A stretch of 64,000 nucleotides of DNA from an uncultured Acidobacteriota bacterium (GTDB lineage Bacteria; Acidobacteriota; UBA6911; RPQK01; JAPXNP01): assembly GCA_963777605.1 (NCBI GenBank), contig CAVZRV010000035.1:32001-96000 (forward strand). The letters run 5' to 3'. Both the position numbers and the translations under genes were made by a program. A model generated the notes under the pieces. That model saw only the letters and a program-made list of their open reading frames with translations. It ran no database searches and was not told where the DNA came from. The first letter of the stretch is position 1. Every line of letters begins with the position of its first letter. This document shows, piece by piece, positions 18,896 to 28,764 of the stretch.

Positions 18896-20909
18896 CCCCG
18901 ACGTCAACTACATTTCCCTACCCCGTTGCCTCAAGCTGGAATCTTACCAGTGAGAAAGTTGAGTTTGCTCGAACTGGTTTGCTCTGATTTCAGCCTTTCG
19001 CATTGCCTGACCTGATGTTGTTGATTGAGGTGTTATGCCACCGAGGAGGCCCGGGCGGAACGGAGTCCGGAGCCGCCGGAGGCGGCGCAGGACGAAGTGC
19101 AGCCGGGCCTCCTCGGTGGGCGGCGAAGCACCCTTACTGTCACCTCCCAAGTCGGAACACCATCCGTCTGGGGTTCCGAGTCCAGGCGCTTTCCGCTCTC
19201 AGTCCCCGGTTGAGTCCCAGGGTGGCCCCGGAGCAGTGGGTTCTTTTCTGCCGTCGCCGACTACTCTGACCTCAGCGGCGTCCTGCTCCGGTGTGGGACC
19301 GTTCATGAAGGCATAGACGAGTTGCTTGGCCATCACCTGGCGCCATTCGCGAACACGGCGCTGGAGGGTCCTCAGTTGGCCATCTGTGAACCGACCGGGA
19401 TACTTGTCCAGCAAACGTTCGAACAGTCCCTTAGCGGTTTCGTCAGGATCACGCTGCAACCACTGAAGCACATCGAGCCAGACCGATTCGAAGGGGTCCG
19501 TTCTGGTTCGCCAGTGACGAGAGGTGTCCTGTCTGGTTTCTCTGTGTGTTGGACGGACTTCACCCCCTTTCCAGTAAGTCGGCAACTCTGCGAGAAACTG
19601 CTCAAGCGTCTTCTTTCCTGGCCCTTCCGTGGGATCAGTTCTTGAGGCCAGGTGAGCCAGGGCGGCCTGACCCTCACGGATTGCGTGGAGCAGTTCCAGA
19701 GGGTCCAATCGGTCGCGCACCGAACGAAGTCTCTTTTTGATCGCTTCTTCGACGTCTGGCCGGCGCAACACCCGTTCACATGGAGTCGCCGGACGGTCGT
19801 AGTTGCGTTTGAAGGTCGACCCAGTTCGAGACTTGTCTCGTAGTTTGAAGGAGGGTTGGAAGTAGTTCACGTGGAGGCGAGCCGACTGATACAAGTGCGC
19901 CAGGGTCTGAGCAGCGATGATACCGGAGAACCGATCGTGCCCAACCAATCGCCGGACAATAGAGCCGTTCTTCTGTTCCACCCATGCCTGATCGTTCTTC
20001 TTGTAAGCGCGGCAACGAGTGAATTCAATCCCGTGCATCTCGCAGAAACCCAACAAGGTATCGTTGATAAACGCTCCATCGTTGTCGGAGTCAATGCCCC
20101 GAATCGGGAAAGGGATCTGGCGGAAGAGCGCCTCCAATCCTTCAACCACCAGCGATTGTTCTCGGACCAGAAGCGGGACGCATTCCGTCCAGCCTGAGCA
20201 GACGTCTGTCGCTACCAATGTGTGAAGAAATGAACCGGCCATGCTGCCGCCACAGTGCACAACAAAGTCGATTTCGAGATAGCCTGGAGGAGGCTCATCC
20301 CAGTCTCCAAAGGTGCGTACTGGAATCTTCTTGCTGATCTTCCGAACCGCTCTCCGTCTCCTGCGGGACTTCGACTGCTTGCGGATCGGAGCCAGAAGGC
20401 GGTCGATCGTTGCGGGGCTGACCTCCAGTAAACGTCTCTTTACTTCCGGGTCGAGGGCCAGGTGGCCGTGGTGCTCCAAAGCTCTGACCAACTGGGGGAC
20501 GATGGCTTTCAGTCGTTTTCCACACATCCGGTCCCCGGCTTCCCAAAGCACGACCAACGCCTCCCTGACTGCTTCATCGTAGATCTGTCGGCCTTTAGTC
20601 CCTGCAGGTTTGAAGCCGTCTGCCACGTCACTCTCCCGAAATCGACTGGCACCCAGAAGCCGCGTTGCGTACTTTCGGTGGTAGCCGCTTACGGCCGAGA
20701 ACTCGTTCAATATGCGCGTCTTCTGCGCCTTCCCAGAGCTGCGATAACGTTCCCTCAATGCTTCCAGTAACTCGGCTCTTGCCTCTTTGCTGATCTGACG
20801 GTCCATCGTTGCCTCCCTATCTCGGTAACATTTTCTTGAGGCAACGGCCCGCTTTCAGTGACAAAAGTCATGAGTCAATGCGCCAGGGAGATGTAATTGT
20901 CGCTGAGCA
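18896..20909 (-). mobile_element. Single-ORF DDE insertion element with asymmetric ends and 7-bp TSD
   Basis: TSD cgcgact at 18889-18895 and 20910-20916; ends TGCTCAGCGACAATTACATCTCCCT and GGGAAATGTAGTTGACGTCGGGG; subterminal ccgttgcctcaag repeats at both ends. Confidence 0.88.
19199..20806 (-). CDS. Integrase-core (rve) DDE transposase, ISNCY-like
   Basis: YLEIDFV, IDSDNDGAF, NDQAWVEQKN; C-terminal RTRTDPF...GQLRTLQRRVREWR HTH. Confidence 0.88.
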   Translation of the reverse strand: MDRQISKEARAELLEALRERYRSSGKAQKTRILNEFSAVSGYHRKYATRLLGASRFRESDVADGFKPAGTKGRQIYDEAVREALVVLWEAGDRMCGKRLKAIVPQLVRALEHHGHLALDPEVKRRLLEVSPATIDRLLAPIRKQSKSRRRRRAVRKISKKIPVRTFGDWDEPPPGYLEIDFVVHCGGSMAGSFLHTLVATDVCSGWTECVPLLVREQSLVVEGLEALFRQIPFPIRGIDSDNDGAFINDTLLGFCEMHGIEFTRCRAYKKNDQAWVEQKNGSIVRRLVGHDRFSGIIAAQTLAHLYQSARLHVNYFQPSFKLRDKSRTGSTFKRNYDRPATPCERVLRRPDVEEAIKKRLRSVRDRLDPLELLHAIREGQAALAHLASRTDPTEGPGKKTLEQFLAELPTYWKGGEVRPTHRETRQDTSRHWRTRTDPFESVWLDVLQWLQRDPDETAKGLFERLLDKYPGRFTDGQLRTLQRRVREWRQVMAKQLVYAFMNGPTPEQDAAEVRVVGDGRKEPTAPGPPWDSTGD

Positions 20910-21318
20910 CGCGACTCCATGTCGCGTGTGATCGGGACTTCATACGGGATCCCGGCATCACGGATCTTGTGCTTCGCCCGAACCAGCCGCTGTGCCATGG
21001 TGGATGTAGACACGAGGAATGCTCGCGCAATTTCGTCCGTCTCAAGACCGCAAAGGGTTCGGAGCGTCAAAGCCACCTGAGCCTCCAGTGCCAGGGCAGG
21101 GTGGCAGCAGGTGAAGATCAGACGCAGGCGGTCGTCGGGAATCGCCTCGACATCGTAATCCGGGGCGTCGACGATAGGGACAATTCCCTCGGCCGCAATG
21201 GAGTCCAATTTCTCGCTGAATCTAGTTCGGCGACGGATGCGGTCAATGGCCTTATGGCGGGCAGTCTGGATGAGCCAGGCACGTGGCGAGTGGGGTATGC
21301 CCGATTCGGGCCATTGGT

Positions 21319-22535
21319 TGGCGGCGGTCGAATGCCTTTCACGGATGCCTAATGTGGATTCAAACCGGATTGGGCTGGTCGGCTTCAGCGAAGCGGAGTG
21401 GGTCGCCCCGGTCGCCGAAAACCGCTCGGATCTGATCTCGTTCATCGTGATTGTCGGGGCGTCGGGGTTGAGGCCTGTCGACCAGGTCGAGGAAGAAATC
21501 CGACTTCGACTCGAAAGGAAGGGCTTTGCCGAAGCGGATGTGCGGAGGGCGACGGCACTTCATCGCCTCTACTCCGATTATCTGCGCGGAAAGGCCGATG
21601 CTCCGCGAGTCCGGTCCGAGATTGAGAAGGACTCCCGGGCTCCCTGGTTTGCGGCCGCGGAAGATCTTCCCGATCAGGTGTATCCGCGGGAAGAGTACGG
21701 ATGGTGGCGCCGCGTGATGGATTTTGATCCGTCACCGTACTGGCGCCGGGTCGACGTGCCCGTCCTGCTACTCAAAGGAACGGAAGATGATCGCTCCGCG
21801 GCAGCGCCCTCCGCCCAACGCCTCGAGGCCATGATTTCCGCTCCGTGCGATGTGCGCCTGTTCCAGGGAGCCGATCACATGCTGCTTCAGTGGCCCATCG
21901 CTCCAAGGGTTCCCCCTCCCGTTTTTGCTGACGGATATCCCCAGATCGTAGCCGACTGGATCCTCAGGACCGTTCGGGGCCCGGAGGAGAATACTGGGCC
22001 ATAGCCCTCCTCGGCGGGCAGGGTTTCTTCCAGGAGTCTTCCAGAAGCGGAGAGGAACGGAAGAAGGGCCGGCAGTGGCCACCGGCCCGGAGGGACGACT
22101 CAGTCGGAAGCCGGGGGCTCCTGGAGTTCCAGGATTCGCGAGTAGGCGAGATCGGCGACCTTGGCGAGGACGAGCAGGTCGTCGCGGCTGAAGCTGCGGG
22201 TCGCCTTCCACGAGTCGCCATCCTTATAGAGGCGCTCGAAGGTGACCGAGTGCCGGATCCCTCCCGAGTTGTCGTTCGCCCAGATGGCGGCCTTGATGGA
22301 ACCGATTCGGACCGTCGCTGTGGGTTTTGTGTTTGCCATGATTCGTTTCTCCTTTCTGTGTGATTTTTCTTTCGCCCCGACCTTGAAGAAAAATCCACAG
22401 AACTCGAAGGGAGAAACCCGCACCCGGTCGGCGGTGGGCGAAAAGTCCGGACAGGCAACAGGAATGACAGGCTCGTCCCTGGCGTGACCGTTGCCCGGAC
22501 CGCCCAACGTCGATCGGACAAAGCGCGGGCATGGC
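21319..22535. repeat. ~1.2-kb direct repeat, copy 2 (contains 5'-truncated hydrolase 21319-22004)
   Basis: Near-identical to 1736-2955; hydrolase homology starts at AAVECLSR. Confidence 0.92.
22100..22339 (-). CDS. Small putative ssDNA-binding protein, copy 2 (79 aa)
   Basis: MANTKPTATVRIGSIKAAIWANDNSGG...RILELQEPPASD. Confidence 0.8.
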   Translation of the reverse strand: MANTKPTATVRIGSIKAAIWANDNSGGIRHSVTFERLYKDGDSWKATRSFSRDDLLVLAKVADLAYSRILELQEPPASD

Positions 22536-22680
22536 TGAAGCAACCAGCGGCGAAAGTCCGGAGAATTCCTTTGACAACCGCCAGCTGGACTCCAGGAGCC
22601 GGGAAGCCGACCTCGGTCTCCGGGCGCCCCGGGTGGCTGGGCGCGACTCAGTGGTCGAAACCCGCGCTAAAGAAGCGTGG

Positions 22681-23667
22681 CTAGGGTAGTCGATCGCTAT
22701 CGAAGCCGCGGTGCTTGCGCACATTCAAGGCTTTCCACTGGAGCCCGGGATGGGACTCGATCTTGGCCTGAAGGGCCGCGTCCTCGGTGAGGAGTTCCGG
22801 ATCAATTTGCCCTCGGTCGTTGAGGCGATCCAGGAACTCGATTTCGTTCACTGAGAATGGGAGCACCACGGAAAGAAGGCTCCGACAGTCTTCAATGAGC
22901 TGTCTGCTCCACTGGACAAGCTCTTTCCGATGCGGAACAACGGCCGGCCTCAACATTGGTACGAGTTGCCGATCCACGTCAACAGGGTCAATTTGGATGT
23001 CCTCAAGCGAGACAGTCCTCCAGTCTCGCCGGTTGAAGCCGCCATATACGACGAACGCGAGGCGGAGTCTCTCTCTGCCGATCGTGGCCGACCGGAGAAG
23101 CTCGCGGACGTCGAACAGGTCTCGACAAGCCGTTCGGCCGAACAGCGCCGCCAATTTCCCGGCGGCAAGCTCATGGAGGTCGAGCACCGGTACTAAGGTG
23201 GCAACGAAGGAGCCGATGGATCTCGAGTCCAGCAAGGACGGGGGCCAGAGGGGAGTCCGCAGCATGAAATTGACATCGAGCTCAAGCGTACCGCTTCCGC
23301 CCGCAACCCTATTGTAGGAAAGGCGCCACTTGCCCCCTGCGTGCTCGGTGGGAAGGCGTCTTATTTCGATTCTCGAACGTTCGCAGACAGCGCGAATCGC
23401 CTGCTCGACCCTGGGGCGTTCAGCCAGCATCGTTTCCCGATCGGCCGAGCCGATGTAATTCAGATCGATATCGATCGAAAGGCGAGGCAACTCAAACACG
23501 AACAGATTGAGGGCTGTACCACCTTTGAGGGCAATCCGCGTTTGTAGGTACGGATGACTGCGGAGCCCTTGCAGCAGTTCCGTCAGATGAAGGACCTTCT
23601 CGAGCGGTTCCGGTCGAAAACCTGTGCTCGCCGCTTCCCGCTGCAGATCGGCGTCACTAAACATCAC
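22681..23667 (-). CDS. abiEii: Type IV TA toxin, AbiEii nucleotidyltransferase
   Basis: LKGGTALNL...RLSIDIDL, KLAALFGR, RDLFD. Confidence 0.93.
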   Translation of the reverse strand: MMFSDADLQREAASTGFRPEPLEKVLHLTELLQGLRSHPYLQTRIALKGGTALNLFVFELPRLSIDIDLNYIGSADRETMLAERPRVEQAIRAVCERSRIEIRRLPTEHAGGKWRLSYNRVAGGSGTLELDVNFMLRTPLWPPSLLDSRSIGSFVATLVPVLDLHELAAGKLAALFGRTACRDLFDVRELLRSATIGRERLRLAFVVYGGFNRRDWRTVSLEDIQIDPVDVDRQLVPMLRPAVVPHRKELVQWSRQLIEDCRSLLSVVLPFSVNEIEFLDRLNDRGQIDPELLTEDAALQAKIESHPGLQWKALNVRKHRGFDSDRLP

Positions 23668-24467
23668 TGACCTTCCTCCCAGTTACGGGTAAGGAGGAAG
23701 AAAGGCACGATGAGGTTCCACTGGCGTACCAGCTTTCCGGACTGCCTCTTGGTATCGAAGTACCTGGGCTGAGCGGGCCCGAGAGCCTGTAACGCATTCA
23801 GGTAGTGGTCCTCAACCATAAGATCCTCCCGATGTTGCTCCAGGAAGAAGCCAAGGCGTGCAGCCGTAAGGCCTGATCCGAGCTTGGTTGCGTAGCCGAC
23901 AACCGCATCGAGATCGAAGAATTCGATCATCTCGAGAGAACGCCAGACTTCCTCCCAATCTCCACACCGATGCGGCGCATCGAGGACATCGACGAAAGTA
24001 CGCTCGAGGCTCGTGACCCGCACTACACCTCCGGCGTGGCGTCTTTCCTGGACGCCGCCGCCGAAATCTGGAAGGGAGCGTACAACAGCGGGCGCCTGCA
24101 CCCCGACGAACTCCATATCGCGAAAGGAGAATCGGCGCAAACGGCTGCGAGTCAGGAATTGGAAGCGATGCCAGTCGGAGTAGACCTTGCCGTGGAACTG
24201 CAGGGCCGCGTGGTAGGCCACGACCGCATCGACAGCCAACTTGGTCGCAAGCAAGTAGGGATCAACCGCGGTATCCGCGGGGTCCATCGATCTCGAGACA
24301 GTCGCATAAACACCGCGGCGAACATGAATCAGATTTCCCGCCGCGACGTGTTGTTTGAGGATTGTCGCACTGGTCTGCGGACTCCGATCTCCCGACGCGG
24401 TATGGGCCGCTACAAACTCTTCGGTCCGAAACACCGGATGTTGAGCGAAGAAATCAAGCGGCTTCAT
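23664..24467 (-). CDS. abiEi: Type IV TA antitoxin/regulator AbiEi
   Basis: wHTH (VRRGVY), VAYHAALQFHG, VTSLERTFVD; overlaps abiEii start. Confidence 0.9.
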   Translation of the reverse strand: MKPLDFFAQHPVFRTEEFVAAHTASGDRSPQTSATILKQHVAAGNLIHVRRGVYATVSRSMDPADTAVDPYLLATKLAVDAVVAYHAALQFHGKVYSDWHRFQFLTRSRLRRFSFRDMEFVGVQAPAVVRSLPDFGGGVQERRHAGGVVRVTSLERTFVDVLDAPHRCGDWEEVWRSLEMIEFFDLDAVVGYATKLGSGLTAARLGFFLEQHREDLMVEDHYLNALQALGPAQPRYFDTKRQSGKLVRQWNLIVPFFLLTRNWEEGQ

Positions 24468-24485
24468 CACTTTCCCTCTTGCACT

Positions 24486-24512
24486 GTTATAGGTATAAAT
24501 CATACCCATAAC
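24486..24512. promoter_or_regulatory. Probable AbiEi operator inverted repeat
   Basis: GTTATAGGTAT-aaatc-ATACCCATAAC (10/11 IR) about 19 bp upstream of abiEi, containing TATAAC on the coding strand. Confidence 0.65.
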
Positions 24513-24674
24513 GAAGCGTTTTGGAAAGATGCTCCGCTGAAATGTGTCCAAACTGGTAGATCTTGTACCTGTGTCGATGCAATTCAACAAACTCGCACAC
24601 AAACCGCTCTCAACCCGTAATGAACCGGGCGTTAGCGTAGGCCGACGACCGAAGCCGCCGGCCGGAAGGAGGCC

Positions 24675-24910
24675 TCAGTCGGAAGCCGGAGGCTCCTGGA
24701 GTTCCAGGATCCGCGTGTAGGTGAGATCGGCGACCTTGGCGAGGACGAGCAGGTCGTCGCGGCTGAAGCTCCGAGTCGACTTCCACCCGTTGTCGCCGTC
24801 CTTATACAGGCGCTCGAAGGTGACCGAGTGGCGGATACCTCCCGAGTTGCCGTTCGTCCAGATGGCGGCCTTGATGGAACCGATTCGGACCGTCACTGTG
24901 GGTTTTGTGT
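24675..24910 (-). pseudogene. Small putative ssDNA-binding gene, copy 3 (start codon and upstream module lost)
   Basis: TVRIGSIKAAIWTNGNSGG...; DNA similarity to copies 1 and 2 stops just short of the ATG. Confidence 0.75.
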
Positions 24911-25303
24911 GGGTCCGGATTCCTCACCAGACTCCTGCGGCGGCGGCGGATAGCCGGGAACTCTAGCTTTCTGGAGGGTTGACCCGGGATAACCGCGCGC
25001 GACAGCCAGATGCACTGAGACGTAGCGTGTAGCCAGCCTTGAGAAACTCGCAAGACCTCAGCCGACCTTATGAGTAGTGGGACCAGGTGTCGGCACGTCT
25101 CCTGGATCCTCTTCCTGGAGGCCGGTTTTGGGAACAAATCGTGCCGCTCAGAAGAGATGTTGAGTATCGACTCGAGGTAAACCCTTTTTCCAAGCTCTCG
25201 ACGAGAGCGGGAGGATCCAGCCCATTCGACGAACAATCGCTGTGCCATTCATACATCCGCCCCGAAACCGGAATGATGACAGCGCAAATCCGGAGGTGTG
25301 CGC

Positions 25304-25645
25304 TCAAACCGCCGCCTCCCCTCGCCCGCCGTTCCGAATCTTCACCACATCTTGAACCGATAAAATGAATATCTTCCCATCGCCCGGGTTGCCCGTGTGG
25401 GCCTTCTTTTGAATAATCCGGATGACTTCCTCGGCCAGGTGATCAGGAACGACAATCTCCAGCTTGGCCTTCTTCGAATAATCCACTTCCCCTTCGACAA
25501 CCTTGTCGTCTGCATCGACAGCACGACTGCGTCCAAAACCCTTGACTTCGGATACGGTCACTCCGGGAAGCCCATCCATCTGTTTCAGGGCGTCGATCAC
25601 ATGGGAAAGCATAAAGGGCTGAATAATGGCTTTGATTTCCTTCAT
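25304..25645 (-). CDS. P-II family protein in metal-efflux operon
   Basis: MKEIKAIIQPF, VSEVKGFGR, TGNPGDGKIF. Confidence 0.92.
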   Translation of the reverse strand: MKEIKAIIQPFMLSHVIDALKQMDGLPGVTVSEVKGFGRSRAVDADDKVVEGEVDYSKKAKLEIVVPDHLAEEVIRIIQKKAHTGNPGDGKIFILSVQDVVKIRNGGRGEAAV

Positions 25646-25684
25646 CTATCTCACCTCGGTTTCAAGACACGCCGCGACGCCGTT

Positions 25685-28600
25685 CTAAATCTCCACCTCT
25701 ACCTTTCGTTGCTCGAACCAGCGGTAGATCGCCGGGAGGACCAACAGCGTCAGCAGTGTCGACGTCAGTAGACCTCCGATGACGACCGTCGCCAGAGGCC
25801 GCTGAACCTCGGCTCCGGCGCTGGTTGAGAGTGCCATCGGAACAAAGCCCAAACTTGCCACCAATGCGGTCATGAGAACTGGACGCAATCGGACCAACGC
25901 TCCCTGAAAGGCCGCTTCGGCAACCGAAGCGCCCTCTCGGCGCATATGACTGACATAGCTGATCATCACGACGCCATTAAGCACCGCAACACCGAACAGA
26001 GCGATGAAGCCCACTCCGGCCGAGATGCTGAACGGCATACCCCGAAGGAAGAGCGCGTAAATACCCCCGGTGGCGGCGATCGGGACGTTGATGTAGATCA
26101 GAGCCGCCAGCCGAGCTGAGCCGAAGGTCGTGTAGAGCAGAACGAAAATCAGGAAGAGTGCCATCGGGACAACGATCGCCAGACGAGACGAGGCGCGCTC
26201 GAGATTCTCGAACTGCCCCCCCCACTCTATCCAGTACCCTGGTGGAAGCTCGACACGGGTCCTGACTACTTCCTTGGCATCAGCCACAAAACCGGCCAGG
26301 TCTCGACCCCGAACATTGGACTCCACCGCCAGGCGCCGGTGAATATTCTCCCGGCTGATCTGGGCCGGTCCCTCTTCCGTCGTCAGAACGGCAAGCTGAC
26401 TCACCGGAATCTGTCGTCCCCGGGAGTCTGTGACTTTGAGATTTGAAATGGTTTCAAGATCCTTCCGGTCCTGCTCCTGGAAGCGTACCTGGAAGAAGAA
26501 GCGCCGCTGACCTTCGAGGATCTGCCCGACGACTCGTCCCCCGATCGAACGAACGACGTCGAGTACCTGAGATGCGTTGATGCCGTATCGCGCGATGGCA
26601 TTGCGGTCGATCATGATCCTTAAGTACGGAAGCCCAGCGACTTGTTCGGCTTTCACGTCGGCTGCGCCTGGAATCCGACCTATCGCCTGCACCACGTCAT
26701 TACCCAACCACTCCAGTTTCTCCATATCCTCCCCGAAGATCTCGATGGCCACGTCGGATCGCACCCCGGCGATCAACTCCTGCACCCGGAGTTCGATCGG
26801 CTGCGAGTAACTGAAGATGTTCCCAGGGACGGACTCCTTGAGCGCCTCATCCATGGCTGCAATCAGATCCTCCTTGGTTTCCGCCGTTGTCCACTCCTCA
26901 TGCGGTCTAAGAATGATGTAGATGTCGCTCAGTTCCACCCCCATCGGATCGGTGGCAATTTCGGCTCGACCGGACCGGGAAACGACCGTCTTGACCTCGG
27001 GGAACTTCATCAGCACCGACTCCACCATCGTGGTGGACTGGATCGATTCCTCCAGCGAGACACTGGGCAGTCGCCAGGCCTGCAGAGCGATCGTTCCTTC
27101 ATCCAGCCGGGGGATGAACTCGGCACCCATGAACGGCACCAAGACCAGGCTTGAAGCGAAGACGGCAAGTGCTAGAGAAAGGGTCAGTTTCGGGAATCGG
27201 ATCGTTCGCTTCAGCACCGGCACGTAGAGTCTCTTCACCTGGCGAATGATCCAGGTTTCCTGTTCTTCAGGCCGGTGTTTCAGAAATATTGACGCCAGGA
27301 CGGGCATCAGGGTCAGGGCGAGGATCAGTGAACCGACCAAGGCCAAGACGACGGTCAACGCCATGGGACGAAACATCTTTCCTTCCACGCCGCGCAAGGT
27401 CAGGACCGGAAGATACACGATGATGATGATTCCCACCGCGAAGGTGATTGGCCGGGCGACCTCCGATGCCGCCTCCCGAACGATGGAAAGCTTGTCCTTG
27501 GTCCCCTCCGAGCGTTCCGAGAGGTGCCTGACAATGTTCTCGATCATTACTACGGAACCGTCGACAATCAGACCGAAATCGATGGCACCCAGGCTCATCA
27601 GGTTTCCGGAAAGGCCGAACTGGCGCATCCCGATAAATGCAAAGAGCATGGAGAGCGGGATGGCCGAGGCCACAAGCAAGCCGCCCCGCACACTGCCAAG
27701 AAGGAGCAAGAGGACGATGATCACCAACACGCCGCCCTCGCTGAGATTCTTGGTGACGGTTCGGATCGTGTTCCGAACCAACTCGGTGCGATCGTAATAA
27801 GTGTCGATCGTGACGCCCGGCGGAAGAGAATCTCTAATCTCCTCAATCTTCGCCTTGACTCGATCCACGACGACTCGAGGATTCTCACCAATCAGCATCA
27901 TGACCACGCCCGTGACCGCCTCTCCCTTACCATCACGGGTGACGGCACCTTGGCGCACCATCGGAGCCAGCTTCACGTCGGCTATGTTCCGGACGTAAAC
28001 GGGAGTGCCATCTTCAGCGGCCGACAAGACAATGTTCTCGATCTGTTCGATGTTATCGATGAGCCCTTCTCCACGAACCAGATACTGCTCCTGATTCTTG
28101 ACGATGTAGGCGCCGCCGGCATTTGCATTGTTACTCTCAAGGGCATGGAACAGCCGCTCCATGGGAATGTCGAAGCTGATCAGTTTGTCCGAATCAACTT
28201 GAACTTCGTAGGTCTTGAGTTCCCCTCCATAGGAGTTGACTTCAACCACTCCGGGCACGGATCGAAGCTTGAATGCGATATCCCAGTCGAGGATGCTGCG
28301 AAGCTCCATTAGAGAGTAGCCTTCGCCTTTGACCTCAAACTGGTAAATCTCTCCCAATCCGGTACTGATGGGACCCATTTCGGGTGACCCCATCCCCTCG
28401 GGAATCGAATCCCGGGCCTCAGGCATCCGTTCCATCACCAGGCGGCGGACAAAGTAGATGTCCATTCCCTCCTCGAAGTAGACCGTGACCGCGGATAGTC
28501 CGAACCGGGAAACCGACCGGATCCGCGTGATGCCGGGAAGCCCGCTCATCGCGGTCTCCACTGGAAAGGTGATGAACTGTTCGACTTCGAGCGGACTCAG

Positions 28601-28753
28601 CCCCGGGGCATTGGTGAGGATCTGAACTTGATTCGGGGTCACATCCGGCACCGCATCAATGGGCAGGTCCAAGAGGGCGTAGATCCCACCGCCGACAAGG
28701 AGAAGAACCAGAACGAGAACCAGAAAACGATTGTTGAGTGCAAGGTCAATCAC
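25685..28753 (-). CDS. czcA: CzcA/CusA heavy-metal RND permease
   Basis: LPIDAVPDVT, GAIDFGLIVDGSVVMIEN, RLRPVLMTA, GAEVQRPLATVVIGG. Confidence 0.95.
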   Translation of the reverse strand: MIDLALNNRFLVLVLVLLLVGGGIYALLDLPIDAVPDVTPNQVQILTNAPGLSPLEVEQFITFPVETAMSGLPGITRIRSVSRFGLSAVTVYFEEGMDIYFVRRLVMERMPEARDSIPEGMGSPEMGPISTGLGEIYQFEVKGEGYSLMELRSILDWDIAFKLRSVPGVVEVNSYGGELKTYEVQVDSDKLISFDIPMERLFHALESNNANAGGAYIVKNQEQYLVRGEGLIDNIEQIENIVLSAAEDGTPVYVRNIADVKLAPMVRQGAVTRDGKGEAVTGVVMMLIGENPRVVVDRVKAKIEEIRDSLPPGVTIDTYYDRTELVRNTIRTVTKNLSEGGVLVIIVLLLLLGSVRGGLLVASAIPLSMLFAFIGMRQFGLSGNLMSLGAIDFGLIVDGSVVMIENIVRHLSERSEGTKDKLSIVREAASEVARPITFAVGIIIIVYLPVLTLRGVEGKMFRPMALTVVLALVGSLILALTLMPVLASIFLKHRPEEQETWIIRQVKRLYVPVLKRTIRFPKLTLSLALAVFASSLVLVPFMGAEFIPRLDEGTIALQAWRLPSVSLEESIQSTTMVESVLMKFPEVKTVVSRSGRAEIATDPMGVELSDIYIILRPHEEWTTAETKEDLIAAMDEALKESVPGNIFSYSQPIELRVQELIAGVRSDVAIEIFGEDMEKLEWLGNDVVQAIGRIPGAADVKAEQVAGLPYLRIMIDRNAIARYGINASQVLDVVRSIGGRVVGQILEGQRRFFFQVRFQEQDRKDLETISNLKVTDSRGRQIPVSQLAVLTTEEGPAQISRENIHRRLAVESNVRGRDLAGFVADAKEVVRTRVELPPGYWIEWGGQFENLERASSRLAIVVPMALFLIFVLLYTTFGSARLAALIYINVPIAATGGIYALFLRGMPFSISAGVGFIALFGVAVLNGVVMISYVSHMRREGASVAEAAFQGALVRLRPVLMTALVASLGFVPMALSTSAGAEVQRPLATVVIGGLLTSTLLTLLVLPAIYRWFEQRKVEVEI

Positions 28754-28764
28754 TTGGTTTTCCT

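Larger units (their letters stand above)
18183..21318 (-). pseudogene. ECF sigma-70 factor with C-terminal DUF6596/TPR extension; IS-interrupted and 5'-truncated
   Basis: PDDRLRLIFTCCHPALA...PITRDMESR, then LDAVLAVIYLIFNEGY resumes beyond the insertion; N-terminus replaced by repeat copy 2. Confidence 0.9.
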
